From: Planctomycetota bacterium
Lineage (GTDB): Bacteria > Planctomycetota > B15-G4
NCBI GenBank assembly: GCA_038212275.1
Contig: JBBQUR010000019.1
Coordinates: 34,627 to 98,626, forward strand
Length of the DNA: 64,000 nucleotides
Reading direction: 5' to 3'
Shown here piece by piece: positions 42,546 through 52,516 of this stretch (positions are counted from its first letter, which is position 1; every line of letters begins with the position of its first letter). The position numbers and the translations under genes were made by a program. The notes below the pieces were generated by a model. It made no database searches and was not told the DNA's origin. It was given only the letters and a program-made list of their open reading frames with translations.

Positions 42546-44228
42546 TTGGCCAAGCCGCGTGAAGTCCTGGATGTGGACGTGCTCTTCGTCGGCGGCGGGC
42601 CGGCCGGCCTCGCCGGCGCGCTGCACCTGCAGCGCCGCATCGCCGAGCACAACGCCCTCGCGAAGGAGCAGGGGCGGCCCACGCTGGACGAGCCGATGGT
42701 CGCGGTCATCGAGAAGGCCGATGCGATCGGCGCGCACACGATCTCGGGCGCGGTCATGGACCCGCGCGCGATGGACGAGCTGCTGCCCGACTGGCGCGAG
42801 CAGGCGCCGCCGCTCGTGCCCGTCTCCGCCGACGACCTCTGGTTCCTGACCGAGAAGGACAGGTTCCCGCTGCCGCATCCACCCTGGATGAAGAACACCG
42901 GCTTCTGGACCGGCTCGCTCAACACGCTGGTGCGCTGGCTGGGAGAGAAGGTCGAGGCCGCCGGCGTGAACGTCTTCCCCGGCTTTCCGGCAGCGGACCT
43001 GCTCATCGAGGACGGCGCGGTGAAGGGTGTCGTCACCAACGACAAGGGCATCTCGGCCAAGGGCGAGGAGCGCAGCAACTTCGAGCCGGGCGTCGAAGTG
43101 CGCGCCAAGGTCACCGTGCTCTGCGACGGCAGCCGCGGCCATCTCACGAAGCGGCTCGTGAAGCACTTCGGCACGCAGGGCCGGAACCCGCAGGTCTACG
43201 AGACGGGCGTGAAGGAGACGTGGGAGGTGCCCGGCGCCGATGCGCACAAGGGCCGCGTGCTGCACACCGCGGGCTGGCCGCTGCCGCGCACGCTCTTCGG
43301 CGGCTCCTTCCTCTACTGGACCGGCGAGTCCCGCGTGACGCTCGGCCTGGTCGTCGGCCTGGACTGCGAGAACCCGGAGCTGGACATCCACGAGGAGTTC
43401 CAGCGCTTCAAGACGCACCCCGAGATCCGCAAGCTGCTGGAGGGCGGCACGCGCGTTCACTACGGCGCCAAGAGCCTGCCGTGCGGCGGCTACTGGTCCA
43501 TGCCGCGCGCCTATGTCAGCGGCTGCCTGCTCGCCGGCGACAGCCTCGGCACGCTGAACGCCGCGCGCCTCAAGGGGATCCACGGCGCGATCAAGTCCGG
43601 CATGCTCGCCGCGGAGACGGCGCTGGCCGCGCTGGTCAAGGGCGACAGCAGCGAGGCCACACTCGCCCCGTACGAGGTCGCGTTGCGCGAAAGCTGGCTG
43701 GGCAAGGAGCTGTGGAAGTTCCGCAATTTCCATCAGGCGATGGCGCACGGCATCGGGCCGCTCGCCATCGCGCACGTCGGGCTGCAGATGATCACGGGCG
43801 GGCGCGGCGTGCGCGATTGCTACCCGCACGTCGAGGGGCACTCGCTCATGCGCAAACGCGGCGCCGTGAAGCCGTTGCACAAGGAGCCCTTCAAGCCGGA
43901 CGGCGTGCTCACCTTCGACAAGCTCACCAACGTCTATTTCTCGGGCACCACGCACGAGGAGGACCAGCCGGCGCACCTGCTCGTGCACGCGTCGGCGGAC
44001 CATTGTTCCGTGAAGTGCCGCGAGGAATACGGCAATCCCTGCCAGCACTTCTGTCCGGCGGCGGTGTACGAGATGGTGCCCGACGAAGCGCGCGGCGCGG
44101 ACGGCAGGAAGCTGCAGATCAACTTCAGCAACTGCGTGCACTGCAAGACCTGCGACATCATGGACCCGTACCAGGTCATCGAGTGGGTCACGCCGCAGGG
44201 CGGCGGGCCCGCGTACATGAACCTGTAG
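42546..44228 (+). CDS. Electron transfer flavoprotein-ubiquinone oxidoreductase
   Basis: VGGGPAGL, GAHTISGA, KGIHGAIKSG, CPAAVYE, CVHCKTC (4Fe-4S). Confidence 0.95.
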   Translation: MAKPREVLDVDVLFVGGGPAGLAGALHLQRRIAEHNALAKEQGRPTLDEPMVAVIEKADAIGAHTISGAVMDPRAMDELLPDWREQAPPLVPVSADDLWFLTEKDRFPLPHPPWMKNTGFWTGSLNTLVRWLGEKVEAAGVNVFPGFPAADLLIEDGAVKGVVTNDKGISAKGEERSNFEPGVEVRAKVTVLCDGSRGHLTKRLVKHFGTQGRNPQVYETGVKETWEVPGADAHKGRVLHTAGWPLPRTLFGGSFLYWTGESRVTLGLVVGLDCENPELDIHEEFQRFKTHPEIRKLLEGGTRVHYGAKSLPCGGYWSMPRAYVSGCLLAGDSLGTLNAARLKGIHGAIKSGMLAAETALAALVKGDSSEATLAPYEVALRESWLGKELWKFRNFHQAMAHGIGPLAIAHVGLQMITGGRGVRDCYPHVEGHSLMRKRGAVKPLHKEPFKPDGVLTFDKLTNVYFSGTTHEEDQPAHLLVHASADHCSVKCREEYGNPCQHFCPAAVYEMVPDEARGADGRKLQINFSNCVHCKTCDIMDPYQVIEWVTPQGGGPAYMNL

Positions 44229-44265
44229 ACGGCTGCCGCTCGGCCGTCGGCGCGCCGACCGCCGC

Positions 44266-44667
44266 TCAGCGAGGTGCGCCGGGATCTGCACGGGGCGGCA
44301 GCGGCCCGTCGGGTGCGAGAGCCTGGCTCGCACGCAGGCCGGAGCTCGAATCCGTGCTTTCGCCGGAACCCGGAGTCCGAGGCGGCGCCTGCCTTGCCTC
44401 CGGCGCGGCCGGCGCGATGGGCGTGACTGGCGTGACTGGCGTGACTGGCGCGACTGGCGCGATGGGCGTGATGGGCGTGACCCGGGCGGTCGAGGCGGCT
44501 GCTGGCGGATTCGCCGTCGAGCCCGGAACGCCGGCGACGAACAGCAGCAGCGTGACGACGACGAACAGGCGCAGGCAGGCACGTCGCAGCGCGCGGCCCT
44601 GGAGTCGCTCGGCATCGGCGGCCGCCTGACTCACGTGCGCGACGCCGTGGGGATCAACGCGCCGCAT
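44266..44667 (-). CDS. Hypothetical single-TM protein with Pro-rich repeat tail
   Basis: Hydrophobic LFVVVTLLLFVAGV followed by (P-V/I-T/A)n; directly downstream of the last pilin gene. Confidence 0.35.
   Translation of the reverse strand: MRRVDPHGVAHVSQAAADAERLQGRALRRACLRLFVVVTLLLFVAGVPGSTANPPAAASTARVTPITPIAPVAPVTPVTPVTPIAPAAPEARQAPPRTPGSGESTDSSSGLRASQALAPDGPLPPRADPGAPR
44402..44482. repeat. 9-bp tandem array (9 units)
   Basis: ggcg(c/t)g(act/atg/acc/gcc) x9. Confidence 0.95.
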
Positions 44668-44730
44668 CCCGGGCGCTGCTGGCGTGTCGGCAGAGAACGC
44701 GACATGAGTGTTCGGGATCCGTGCTCGGAG

Positions 44731-45210
44731 TCATTGGTTGAAGGGCGGGCAGGCTTCGGATGATGTGCCCGTGGCGTTGCCGCGGATCTGGCCCGTCTTC
44801 GGGCAGTACATCCAGGCCTTCTCGCCGGACGGCAGCGCCGGCATGCGGTCCACGATCAGCAGGCTGCTGCTGTTCGTGTAGGGGTTCGTCGGCAGCGCGC
44901 CGTCGCTCAGGTACGGCCCGAAGGAAAAGTCGTCCGTCGCTCCGACCTTGCCCTCCTTGTTGGTCCGCCGCAGGAGCTGGTTGGCGGCCGTCATCGCGTC
45001 GGGGCCCGGGAAGCTGCCGTGCTCGGACGCATAGGAGTCGATGGCGGTGCGCAGCACGGCGAGCCGGGCGAGCATCAGCTGGGCACGCCCATCCTCCCTG
45101 TTGCACGTGAATTGCGGGATGGCCACGGCGGCGAGGAGGCCGACGATGGCCACGACGATCGTGACTTCGAGCGCGGTGAAACCCCGCGACCTGCGACTGC
45201 GCGCCTGCAT
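44731..45210 (-). CDS. Type IV prepilin, major-pilin/GspG-like (copy G1)
   Basis: RG|FTALEVTIVVAIVGLLAAVAIPQF; FGPYL, PTNP, GQIRGN. Confidence 0.88.
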   Translation of the reverse strand: MQARSRRSRGFTALEVTIVVAIVGLLAAVAIPQFTCNREDGRAQLMLARLAVLRTAIDSYASEHGSFPGPDAMTAANQLLRRTNKEGKVGATDDFSFGPYLSDGALPTNPYTNSSSLLIVDRMPALPSGEKAWMYCPKTGQIRGNATGTSSEACPPFNQ

Positions 45211-45305
45211 CGATCCGACTCCGCCAGCCCAGGCAACACCGGCGTGATGAACCGTCGCGGAAAGCTGTGCGATCGGCCGCGCCCGGTGTCGGGGCTGTAG
45301 CGCGC

Positions 45306-45335
45306 GTATCGACCGGCTCCGCGACCCGGCTTGAG
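45306..45335 (-). promoter_or_regulatory. sigma28-like promoter motif
   Basis: CTCAAG-N16-GTCGATAC. Confidence 0.6.
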
Positions 45336-45367
45336 GTCGCATGGCGGATCGAGTCAAGCGGGAAGCT

Positions 45368-45838
45368 CTACAGCGAGAAGAAGTCCGCGCCGCTGGGCGC
45401 CACGCCGACATTGTTGGCGCGGATCTCGCCGCTGTTGTTGCAGTAGATCCACGCCGTGGCGCCGGTCGCGGCGGAAGGCATCGTGGCCACGTTCGTGCCG
45501 GTGGTGGTGTTCGTCATCGGGTTGGCGGGGAAGGTCGTGCGCAGGTACGGCCCGTACTTGGTCCCCGCGGCGCCGGTCGCATCGGTGCCCGTCGTGAGCT
45601 GAGTCACCAGTTCCGACCAGTTGGCCTGGCCCGGATAGGTTTCGTTGTGCTGGACGCGGTAGAGGCTGATCGCCTGGCGGACCGTGTTGAGGTTGGCGAC
45701 GAGCGAGGATTCCTTAGCATCCGAGGAAACCGCATTGAACTGCGGGATCACGACGGCGGCGAGGATGCCGAGGATGATCACGACGATCAGCAGTTCGACG
45801 AGCGTGAATCCGCGCTGGTCGCGGCGATGGCAAGCCAT
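45368..45838 (-). CDS. Type IV prepilin, major-pilin/GspG-like (copy G2)
   Basis: RG|FTLVELLIVVIILGILAAVVIPQF; KYGPYLR, FPANP, GEIRAN; GGAG RBS. Confidence 0.92.
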   Translation of the reverse strand: MACHRRDQRGFTLVELLIVVIILGILAAVVIPQFNAVSSDAKESSLVANLNTVRQAISLYRVQHNETYPGQANWSELVTQLTTGTDATGAAGTKYGPYLRTTFPANPMTNTTTGTNVATMPSAATGATAWIYCNNSGEIRANNVGVAPSGADFFSL

Positions 45839-45899
45839 GTTCGGATTCTCCAGAAGGCCCTCGCCTGGACGGGCGGGTGGTCGGGCCTTGCAATCACGC

Positions 45900-45929
45900 A
45901 CATCGGCGCCTTGCACGGCACGACTTGAG
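45900..45929 (-). promoter_or_regulatory. sigma28-like promoter motif
   Basis: CTCAAG-N16-GCCGATGT. Confidence 0.65.
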
Positions 45930-45942
45930 ACAGTTGCCTGAT

Positions 45943-47085
45943 TCACGGTGCCACCTCGCCCGGGACGACGCCCAGCCACGGGTCATCCGAGACGCCCTGA
46001 CTGAGGACGACCGCCGAGCGCTGCTGAAGCGGCCGGTTGTTCGGGAAGATCGTGATCGAGACGCGGTTGATGACCGGCGTGATGGTCGTGGTGGATGCCG
46101 ACCACGGACCCTTCACGTCGAGCGGGATCGTGGACATCTGCGCAACCCACGACGCCGAGCCGCCGACGCCCTTCTTGAGGATCTGGTCCGCGGGGAAGGA
46201 CGCCTGCACCATCTGCTTGAGCACCACGGTGTTGGTGTTGCCCAGCGGCGTGATCAGGAGCGTGTATCCGACGCCGGGGGTGAGCGCCGCCGAGAGAGAC
46301 ACCGGCACCAGGCTCGAGGGAACGTTCCACACGCTGCCCGTCTGGGTCGCCGCGGGCATCGATGAGCTGTTGACGGTCGCGGTGGCGAGCGCGGTGCCGG
46401 TGGGCCGTCCGCGGCCCGGGGCCCAGCCCTCGTAGACCGTGAGCGTCACCTTCTTCTCGCCACTGCCCTCGAAGAAGGCCATCGGCACGTCGAAGATCGA
46501 GGACTGCACGGAGATGACCTGCTCGGAGGACGTGGCCTGGCCGGGAACCTGGGTCGGGAGAGCGGGCGCCACGAACGCGATGGCAAGCGACTCGCCCGAA
46601 TCGACGGTCAACGCGGACGGCGTGCCTGTCGCGGCCAGCGTGCTGTACCAGACCCCGTCATGACTCGCAGGCGAACCTTCGCGATAGCGGTCGATGTAGG
46701 TCGGCTCCATCTGGATCGACTTGAAGGACGTGTACATCACGCCCGTGTCGCCGTTCGGCCGCTTGACCATCAGGTTGGCGCCCGAGGTGTAGTACTCGGT
46801 GAACGCGCCTTCCGTGTCGGCGAGCTTGATGTGGGTGTTGCTCACCTGCTCCACCCACCACGCCTGGCGGATGTCATTGGTGATGCGGCGCAGCGCCGGA
46901 TCGGCGTCCGTGCCGGAGATGCCGGCAATCTCTTCCATGTGGTCGAGGTTGCGCGTGTAGCCGTAGGTCGTGAAGGCCAGCGAACTCAGCAACATCGCCC
47001 CGAGGACGGAGGCGATCAGCAGCTCCGGCACGGTGAAACCCGCATGGCGGGCGGAGAGAGGAAAGCGCGGCTTGAAGGCTGTCAT
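45943..47085 (-). CDS. Large minor prepilin, PilW/GspJ-like (copy W1)
   Basis: AG|FTVPELLI; IRQAWW, RPNG, RYREG, C-terminal DPWLGVVPGE. Confidence 0.8.
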   Translation of the reverse strand: MTAFKPRFPLSARHAGFTVPELLIASVLGAMLLSSLAFTTYGYTRNLDHMEEIAGISGTDADPALRRITNDIRQAWWVEQVSNTHIKLADTEGAFTEYYTSGANLMVKRPNGDTGVMYTSFKSIQMEPTYIDRYREGSPASHDGVWYSTLAATGTPSALTVDSGESLAIAFVAPALPTQVPGQATSSEQVISVQSSIFDVPMAFFEGSGEKKVTLTVYEGWAPGRGRPTGTALATATVNSSSMPAATQTGSVWNVPSSLVPVSLSAALTPGVGYTLLITPLGNTNTVVLKQMVQASFPADQILKKGVGGSASWVAQMSTIPLDVKGPWSASTTTITPVINRVSITIFPNNRPLQQRSAVVLSQGVSDDPWLGVVPGEVAP

Positions 47086-47113
47086 CGTTGTCGACCCTGA
47101 GGTGTGGCAGCGC

Positions 47114-47142
47114 TTGTCGACACCGCGCAGGGGCGACTTGAG
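47114..47142 (-). promoter_or_regulatory. sigma28-like promoter motif
   Basis: CTCAAG-N15-GTCGACAA. Confidence 0.6.
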
Positions 47143-47151
47143 TGCCCTGAC

Positions 47152-47625
47152 TCAGCCCTGAGCGATCTTGCCCGTGGCGGGGTCCAGCGTGAGCGTGCGC
47201 ACGACTCCCTTGCAGGTGAAGATGACCGTGCCGCCTGCGATCGGGAGGCCCTGGCCGTCGAAGATCGCGGCGGCGCCGTTGGCGCCGAAGCTCGCGCGCG
47301 TGAAGTCGATGCCCTTGGGCTGGTCGGGACGATCGAAGGACACGATGTAGCTGCCGCGCGTGAGCGGGTCGGTGACGGCGGTGCCGTCCTTGTCCACGAC
47401 GGCGAATCGGTTCGTGGCGACGTCGAAGACCACGCCGTGAGTCTCGCGCGAACTGCGTGAGAGGCTGCTCGCGCGGGCAAAGGCATCGCGCACCTGCAGC
47501 TCGACGTTGTCGAGACGGTCGCTGTAGCCGCTGCCGGCGGCCGGCAGCGCCACGAGCGCCATGACGCCCATGATCGAAACGACGACCAGCAGTTCGATGA
47601 GCGTGAATCCCCGGCGGCTGTTCAT
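47152..47625 (-). CDS. Minor prepilin, FimT/GspH-like
   Basis: RG|FTLIELLVVVSIMG; IFDGQGLP, C-terminal LDPATGKI. Confidence 0.85.
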   Translation of the reverse strand: MNSRRGFTLIELLVVVSIMGVMALVALPAAGSGYSDRLDNVELQVRDAFARASSLSRSSRETHGVVFDVATNRFAVVDKDGTAVTDPLTRGSYIVSFDRPDQPKGIDFTRASFGANGAAAIFDGQGLPIAGGTVIFTCKGVVRTLTLDPATGKIAQG

Positions 47626-47640
47626 GGTCTCTCGCGCTCC

Positions 47641-48612
47641 TCAGCGTGTGGCCGGGAAGGCGAAGTCCGCGATGGCCTGCTTCTCGGCGCGCGAGGCCGA
47701 GGAGGACGGGAAGGCCACGCGGCGAACGCCTTCGGCGCCCGTGTCCAGCGAGTCGGGCCAGGTGCGCGGCCCGCGACCCGAACCCGGCTGGTCGATGGAG
47801 GTGCCGAGAGCCAGCGGCTCGGTCACGACCACCTGCGCGTGCAGGGCACCGCGACCGGGCAGCGTGAGATTGCGCGCGATGACCACGCCCTTGATCTGCA
47901 CGCGGTCGTTGCCCGTGCCCGTGATGGCTGCGTCCGGCGCCACGATGGAGCAGCCCGGAAGCGTGCCACCCGATTCGATGAGCAGGCCGCCGTCGATGAT
48001 GATCGACGTGCGCTGACCATTCGTCCACGGGATGTCCGTGCAGGCCGGCTCGCTCACGATGGCGCCCGTCAGGATCACGTTGCGCAGCGTGAGCGTGGCC
48101 CCGTCGTGCAGGTAGATGATGCCGGTCAGCTCGGTGTCGGCGATGGTCCTCGTTCCGGTCACCTCGGTCGTGCCGGAAGCCGTCGTGACGGCGCGCCGCG
48201 CGGGGTTGGTCAGGCTGGGAAGTCCGCCGGACAGCGTGCGATAGGTCTCGACCACGCCGGAGATTTCCTGCGTGACGCCCTGGCCGCTTGCGGTCACCGT
48301 CACGGAGTGCAGGTCGGTGCCGCTGTCCACCATCGCGATGGAAATGTCGTCGCTGCCGAGGGAGAGCGTCGTGCTGCTCGCGCCGGACGAGAGCAGCGAC
48401 TGCTTGGCCCAGGCGAAGCCGGAATCGGCCGCGTGTTCCGCGGCCTGCGCGCGCAGCGTGGCGTGCGTGTTGTCGGCGGCAGTGAGCACATGCCGCGCCT
48501 GGCCCATGGTGAGGCTGACGATGAGCACCGCCAGCAGCAGCACGGAGAGCAGAACGAAGCCCCGCTGTCCGGCGCGTTCCGGCGTGCTCCTGAGTGTTGC
48601 GGAGTGTGTCAC
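47641..48612 (-). CDS. Minor prepilin, PilX/GspK-like (no Glu+5) with probable beta-solenoid (copy X1)
   Basis: RG|FVLLSVLLL; AEHAADSG; GTG start overlaps the upstream TGA. Confidence 0.75.
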   Translation of the reverse strand: MTHSATLRSTPERAGQRGFVLLSVLLLAVLIVSLTMGQARHVLTAADNTHATLRAQAAEHAADSGFAWAKQSLLSSGASSTTLSLGSDDISIAMVDSGTDLHSVTVTASGQGVTQEISGVVETYRTLSGGLPSLTNPARRAVTTASGTTEVTGTRTIADTELTGIIYLHDGATLTLRNVILTGAIVSEPACTDIPWTNGQRTSIIIDGGLLIESGGTLPGCSIVAPDAAITGTGNDRVQIKGVVIARNLTLPGRGALHAQVVVTEPLALGTSIDQPGSGRGPRTWPDSLDTGAEGVRRVAFPSSSASRAEKQAIADFAFPATR

Positions 48613-49142
48613 GGGTTGAGCCACCAGATGTAGGTGCCGATGACCTCTTCGCCTTCCCGCACGGTGACGGTCAGGCGCAGCAGCGCGGCGTTGCTGGTCG
48701 GGTCCGAGGCCAGAATGCCGGGTGTCGTCAGGTTCACGTGCTCGACGTGCACTTCCTGGCTCCAGGCGCTGACGCTGGTCATGGCGGCCAGTCGGGCCGA
48801 GATGGGGGGCGAGAAGCTGGCCCCGTCGAGGTCATCCAGCGTGATCACCTCGGCGCCGGTCGTCGCGGGCACACCGTCGCCCACGGTGCGCGGCAGCACC
48901 TGGGCCGCGCTGTGGATTTCGCGGGCCAGACCGAAGGCCGTCGTCGGCACATCGGCCATGACCTGCGCGGCCGTCACCGATTCGGTGAGGGCCGATGTCG
49001 CAGCCACCAGCATGGTGCCCGCGATCAGCGTCGCGAGCATCACCTCGACAAACGTGAGGCCGGTCGTGGCCCGGCGAGAGGAAGACCTCTCGCCGGGCAC
49101 GAGTCCGGAGCCAGCTTCGGGTTGTGGCGTGCTCGGAATCAC
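48609..49142 (-). CDS. Minor prepilin, PilV/GspI-like (copy V1)
   Basis: TG|LTFVEVML; LAREIH, LDGASFSPPI, WSQEV, WWLNP. Confidence 0.78.
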   Translation of the reverse strand: MIPSTPQPEAGSGLVPGERSSSRRATTGLTFVEVMLATLIAGTMLVAATSALTESVTAAQVMADVPTTAFGLAREIHSAAQVLPRTVGDGVPATTGAEVITLDDLDGASFSPPISARLAAMTSVSAWSQEVHVEHVNLTTPGILASDPTSNAALLRLTVTVREGEEVIGTYIWWLNP

Positions 49143-49149
49143 GAGTCGC

Positions 49150-49626
49150 TTACAGGGTGAAGTACGCGACGCCGCTCGGGCCGACAGTCGCCGTGTTGCA
49201 TCGGAACTCGCCGTTGCCGGTGGAGTACACCCAGCCCTCGTTGCCGGTTGCGGTCGCAGGCATCGTGGCAGCCGTCTTCACGTCCGCCGCATTGGCGGGA
49301 GTATCAGCCACCGGGTTCGACGGGAAGGAGTTGCGGATGTACGGGCCGTACTTGCCGCCCGCGACCACCGTGCCGGAGACATCCGTCTCCGAGGTCAGCT
49401 CCGCGACGATCGAGGCCGACGGGAACGCGTCATTGTGCTGCACCTTGTACAGCTCGATCGCCTGACGAATGGTGGCCAGGTTGCTCGCAACCGCGGCTTC
49501 CTTGGACTCGGCCGCCGCCGTGTTGAACTGCGGGATCACGACCGCGGCAAGAATGCCGAGGATGATGACCACGATGAGCAACTCGACGAGGGTGAAGCCC
49601 TTCTCGCTACGACGGATATTCAGCAT
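49150..49626 (-). CDS. Type IV prepilin, major-pilin/GspG-like (copy G3)
   Basis: KG|FTLVELLIVVIILGILAAVVIPQF; KYGPYIR, FPSNP, GEFRCN; GGAG RBS. Confidence 0.92.
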   Translation of the reverse strand: MLNIRRSEKGFTLVELLIVVIILGILAAVVIPQFNTAAAESKEAAVASNLATIRQAIELYKVQHNDAFPSASIVAELTSETDVSGTVVAGGKYGPYIRNSFPSNPVADTPANAADVKTAATMPATATGNEGWVYSTGNGEFRCNTATVGPSGVAYFTL

Positions 49627-49695
49627 GGAACTTTGACTCCGGAAGGAACAGCAGGTCCCGCCGACGCGGCGGATACATTGGGTACTGCGCGCACT

Positions 49696-49724
49696 CTTTC
49701 GGCAACCCACCGGGGGCACTTGAG
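49696..49724 (-). promoter_or_regulatory. sigma28-like promoter motif
   Basis: CTCAAG-N15-GCCGAAAG. Confidence 0.65.
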
Positions 49725-49750
49725 GCCGCATCCGGAAAAGTCTCAAAGTC

Positions 49751-50914
49751 TCAAGGCAGGCTTGGAGACTCGTTGGGGACGACGCCCAGCCACGGGTCCT
49801 CGGCCAGCACCTGGCTCGAGGGGCAGGCGGAGGCGATGTGCTCGACGCCTTCGCTGCTCACCAGTGACATCGAGATCTGCGTCGTGACATCGGTCGCCAC
49901 TGTCGTCGTGATCGTCGCGTCGCCGTAGATGCCCATGGGAATGATCTTTGCCTGATCGGCCCAGGCGGCGGCCGCATTCTGGCGGAACGCGACGCTGCGC
50001 TGCGCGCCGGTGGGTGACACCCACGCGCCCACGATGCCGATGGAGCCCGTACCGGTGACCGAGAGCACCACGCAGTAGCCGGTCCCCGGCGGCAACAGCG
50101 CGTTGATCGCGGGAATCGCGATCGACGTGGTGGTGGCGGGCGCCGCGTAGATGGCGGTGGTCAGGTCGAGCGGGTTGGTGGCCGGAATGGCCACCGTGCC
50201 CAGCGACAGCAGGCGCAAGCCGATGTCGAAGGAGACGAGTGCCGAGGCGCCGGGCCGTGGGCGGGCATCGCCCGGCGCCCGCGACCTGTAGATCTCGACA
50301 TGGAGCTGCCCGCCAGCGGACATGCGAGCGAGCCGCAGGTCGAGACGATCCGGCACGAAGCGCAGGATGCGGTCATCCACGCCGGAGGCGGTGCGCGGGC
50401 CTGCGTTGCTGTTCACGTCGAAGGCGAGGGACAGCGAGTTGCCCGGGACGAGCAGCATCGATCCCGGAACGGAGACCGGCGTTGCCACGCTGTCCAGTCG
50501 ACCGTTGACCGTGGCGACGGGGCCCTCGCGCAGGCGGCGTGTGGCGGTGCCCTCGAAGGAGACGTCCGACAATCCGGAGATCACGGCACCTTGGCTGCCG
50601 TCGGGGCGGGTCACGAGCAAGCTGTCGCCGACGACGGAGTATTCGGTGATCGCGTTGTCGGTGTCCGCGACGAGCAGCTTGCCGGCGCTGGGCACGTCCG
50701 CCCACCACGCGTAGCGCACGTCACGGGTCAGTCGGGCAAGCGTCGCCTCGTAGGAGTCCACGGAGTCGAGATTGAGGTGTGCAACCGTGTTGCCGAAGCT
50801 GCCGGTCATCGTGGCCGTGGCGGTCACGAGGATGGCGCCGAGCGCCGTGGCCAGCATGACTTCCATGAGCGTGAAGCCGGCCTGGCGATTGCAGGTTCGT
50901 GTCGTGTGCAGCAC
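49751..50914 (-). CDS. Large minor prepilin, PilW/GspJ-like (copy W2)
   Basis: AG|FTLMEVML; VRYAWW, RPDG, RLREG, RAPGDARP, DPWLGVVPNE. Confidence 0.8.
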   Translation of the reverse strand: MLHTTRTCNRQAGFTLMEVMLATALGAILVTATATMTGSFGNTVAHLNLDSVDSYEATLARLTRDVRYAWWADVPSAGKLLVADTDNAITEYSVVGDSLLVTRPDGSQGAVISGLSDVSFEGTATRRLREGPVATVNGRLDSVATPVSVPGSMLLVPGNSLSLAFDVNSNAGPRTASGVDDRILRFVPDRLDLRLARMSAGGQLHVEIYRSRAPGDARPRPGASALVSFDIGLRLLSLGTVAIPATNPLDLTTAIYAAPATTTSIAIPAINALLPPGTGYCVVLSVTGTGSIGIVGAWVSPTGAQRSVAFRQNAAAAWADQAKIIPMGIYGDATITTTVATDVTTQISMSLVSSEGVEHIASACPSSQVLAEDPWLGVVPNESPSLP

Positions 50915-50983
50915 GGAAGTCTCGCATGCCGGATCGGGGATGAAGGTGAGCGCTGCGAGCGGAGGACGTCGCAGCGGGAGTCC

Positions 50984-51012
50984 ACATCGGCGTCGAGGGC
51001 GCAGCAGTTGAG
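50984..51012 (-). promoter_or_regulatory. sigma28-like promoter motif
   Basis: CTCAAC-N15-GCCGATGT. Confidence 0.65.
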
Positions 51013-51053
51013 GGTGAACTGGTTCGCCCGCCCCTCGGCCGCAGACGGTGGCC

Positions 51054-52016
51054 CTACTTGGCCGGGAACTGGAAGGTCTTGATGGCCGCGAGGTCACCGC
51101 TGGCGGGCGCGGCCGTCTGGAATGCCAACGACTTGAGCCCGAGCGCACTCACGCTGACCGCTGCGGGCCAGTCCAGCGGCGCACGCCCCAGTCCCGGACG
51201 GTCGATGGTGCCGGGGAGCGTGAACGGCTGCGAGGCGACGACTTGCGCATCCATGCTGCCCGAACCGGAGACGGAGATCGACTTGCCGAGCACGATGCCG
51301 TGGATCTCCACGTGGCTCGTGGCGTCCGCGATGATCGCGCCGTCGGGCAGCAGGATCGCGCAGCCGGGGAGCATCGAGGTGGGTTCGATGCGCACGCCTT
51401 CCTGCAGCGTCAGCGTGGTGGCCATCGCCGGGTTGTAGGGCGGTCCGAGCAGTGCCGCTTCCGACACGATGCTGCCGTGCAGCACGACGTCCTTCAGCGT
51501 CAGCTTGCAGCTGCGTCCGAGGCGCAGCGTGCCGGTGATCACGGTGTTCTGCAGTGTCACCGTGCCCGTGTACTTCACGGCCGTGGCGTCGGCCGTCACG
51601 GCCGCCACGGCCGCGGAGGTGACCGAGGGGACCAGCTCGCCCGTGAGGCCGAAGACGCGCGCGTCGGCCTCGATCGTCGCGCCGAGGCCGTCCGACGTGG
51701 CATTCACGCGGATGGAGCGCTTGTCGCCGCCTTCGTCGGTGACGACCACAGAGATGCTCTTGTTGCCCGAGTTCACGCTGGCGGTCCCGAGGCTCTGCCC
51801 CGAGGACAGCACCTGGCGCGCGAAGGCCACGCCCGACTGGGCCGCCTCCCGGGTCTCGTGCACCCACAGCGAGGCCGTGGACTGTCGCCAGTCCACCGTC
51901 GTGTGGCGCGCGTGGCTGGCCGTGGTGGCCACGATGAGGGCCGCCAGCAGGAGCACGGTGATGAGCACGTAGCCGCGCGATCCGCGGCGAGAGTCGGACA
52001 GGCGCGCGTCGCTCAT
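51054..52016 (-). CDS. Minor prepilin, PilX/GspK-like (no Glu+5) with probable beta-solenoid (copy X2)
   Basis: RG|YVLITVLLL; REAAQSG; collinear with X1 (GxIVSE, LPGC, IDxPG.GR.P..WP). Confidence 0.78.
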   Translation of the reverse strand: MSDARLSDSRRGSRGYVLITVLLLAALIVATTASHARHTTVDWRQSTASLWVHETREAAQSGVAFARQVLSSGQSLGTASVNSGNKSISVVVTDEGGDKRSIRVNATSDGLGATIEADARVFGLTGELVPSVTSAAVAAVTADATAVKYTGTVTLQNTVITGTLRLGRSCKLTLKDVVLHGSIVSEAALLGPPYNPAMATTLTLQEGVRIEPTSMLPGCAILLPDGAIIADATSHVEIHGIVLGKSISVSGSGSMDAQVVASQPFTLPGTIDRPGLGRAPLDWPAAVSVSALGLKSLAFQTAAPASGDLAAIKTFQFPAK

Positions 52017-52516
52017 GGATTGATCCACCACCACCACGTGCCCATGTCGATGTGTCCGTTCAGGACCCTCACGCTCAGCCGGTACAGTGCGCTGGAGGAT
52101 TTGGTTTCGCTGGTGAAGGAATCGGAGACGGGGTTTTCCAGGTCTCCCAGCGCATAGACGGAGACCGTCACCTCCTGGCTCCAATGGGCCGCCGAGGCGA
52201 TGGAGCTCTTGGCCGAGTCGATCGGCGGAGAGAACGTGGCCCCGTCCAGGCTGTCCAGCGCCACGATGCCTGCGCCGTTGGCCGCCACGCCCGCACCGCT
52301 GGCCGCCGTCGGAAGCGTGAGCGCGAGCTCGTGGATCTCCTTGGCGAGCAGCGCCGCGTTGATCGGCGACTCTTCGTGGATGTGTCTGCTGGTACTGGAT
52401 TGCGACACCGCCCAGCTGGCCGAGACGAGCACGAGCCCCACGATGAGCGTGCCCATGAGCACCTCGATGAGCGTGAGGCCGGCGTGCCTGGCCTGCGTGC
52501 GCGCCGGGCCGTTCAT
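52013..52516 (-). CDS. Minor prepilin, PilV/GspI-like (copy V2)
   Basis: AG|LTLIEVLM; LAKEIH, LDGATFSPPI, WSQEV, WWINP; ATGA overlaps at both ends. Confidence 0.8.
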   Translation of the reverse strand: MNGPARTQARHAGLTLIEVLMGTLIVGLVLVSASWAVSQSSTSRHIHEESPINAALLAKEIHELALTLPTAASGAGVAANGAGIVALDSLDGATFSPPIDSAKSSIASAAHWSQEVTVSVYALGDLENPVSDSFTSETKSSSALYRLSVRVLNGHIDMGTWWWWINP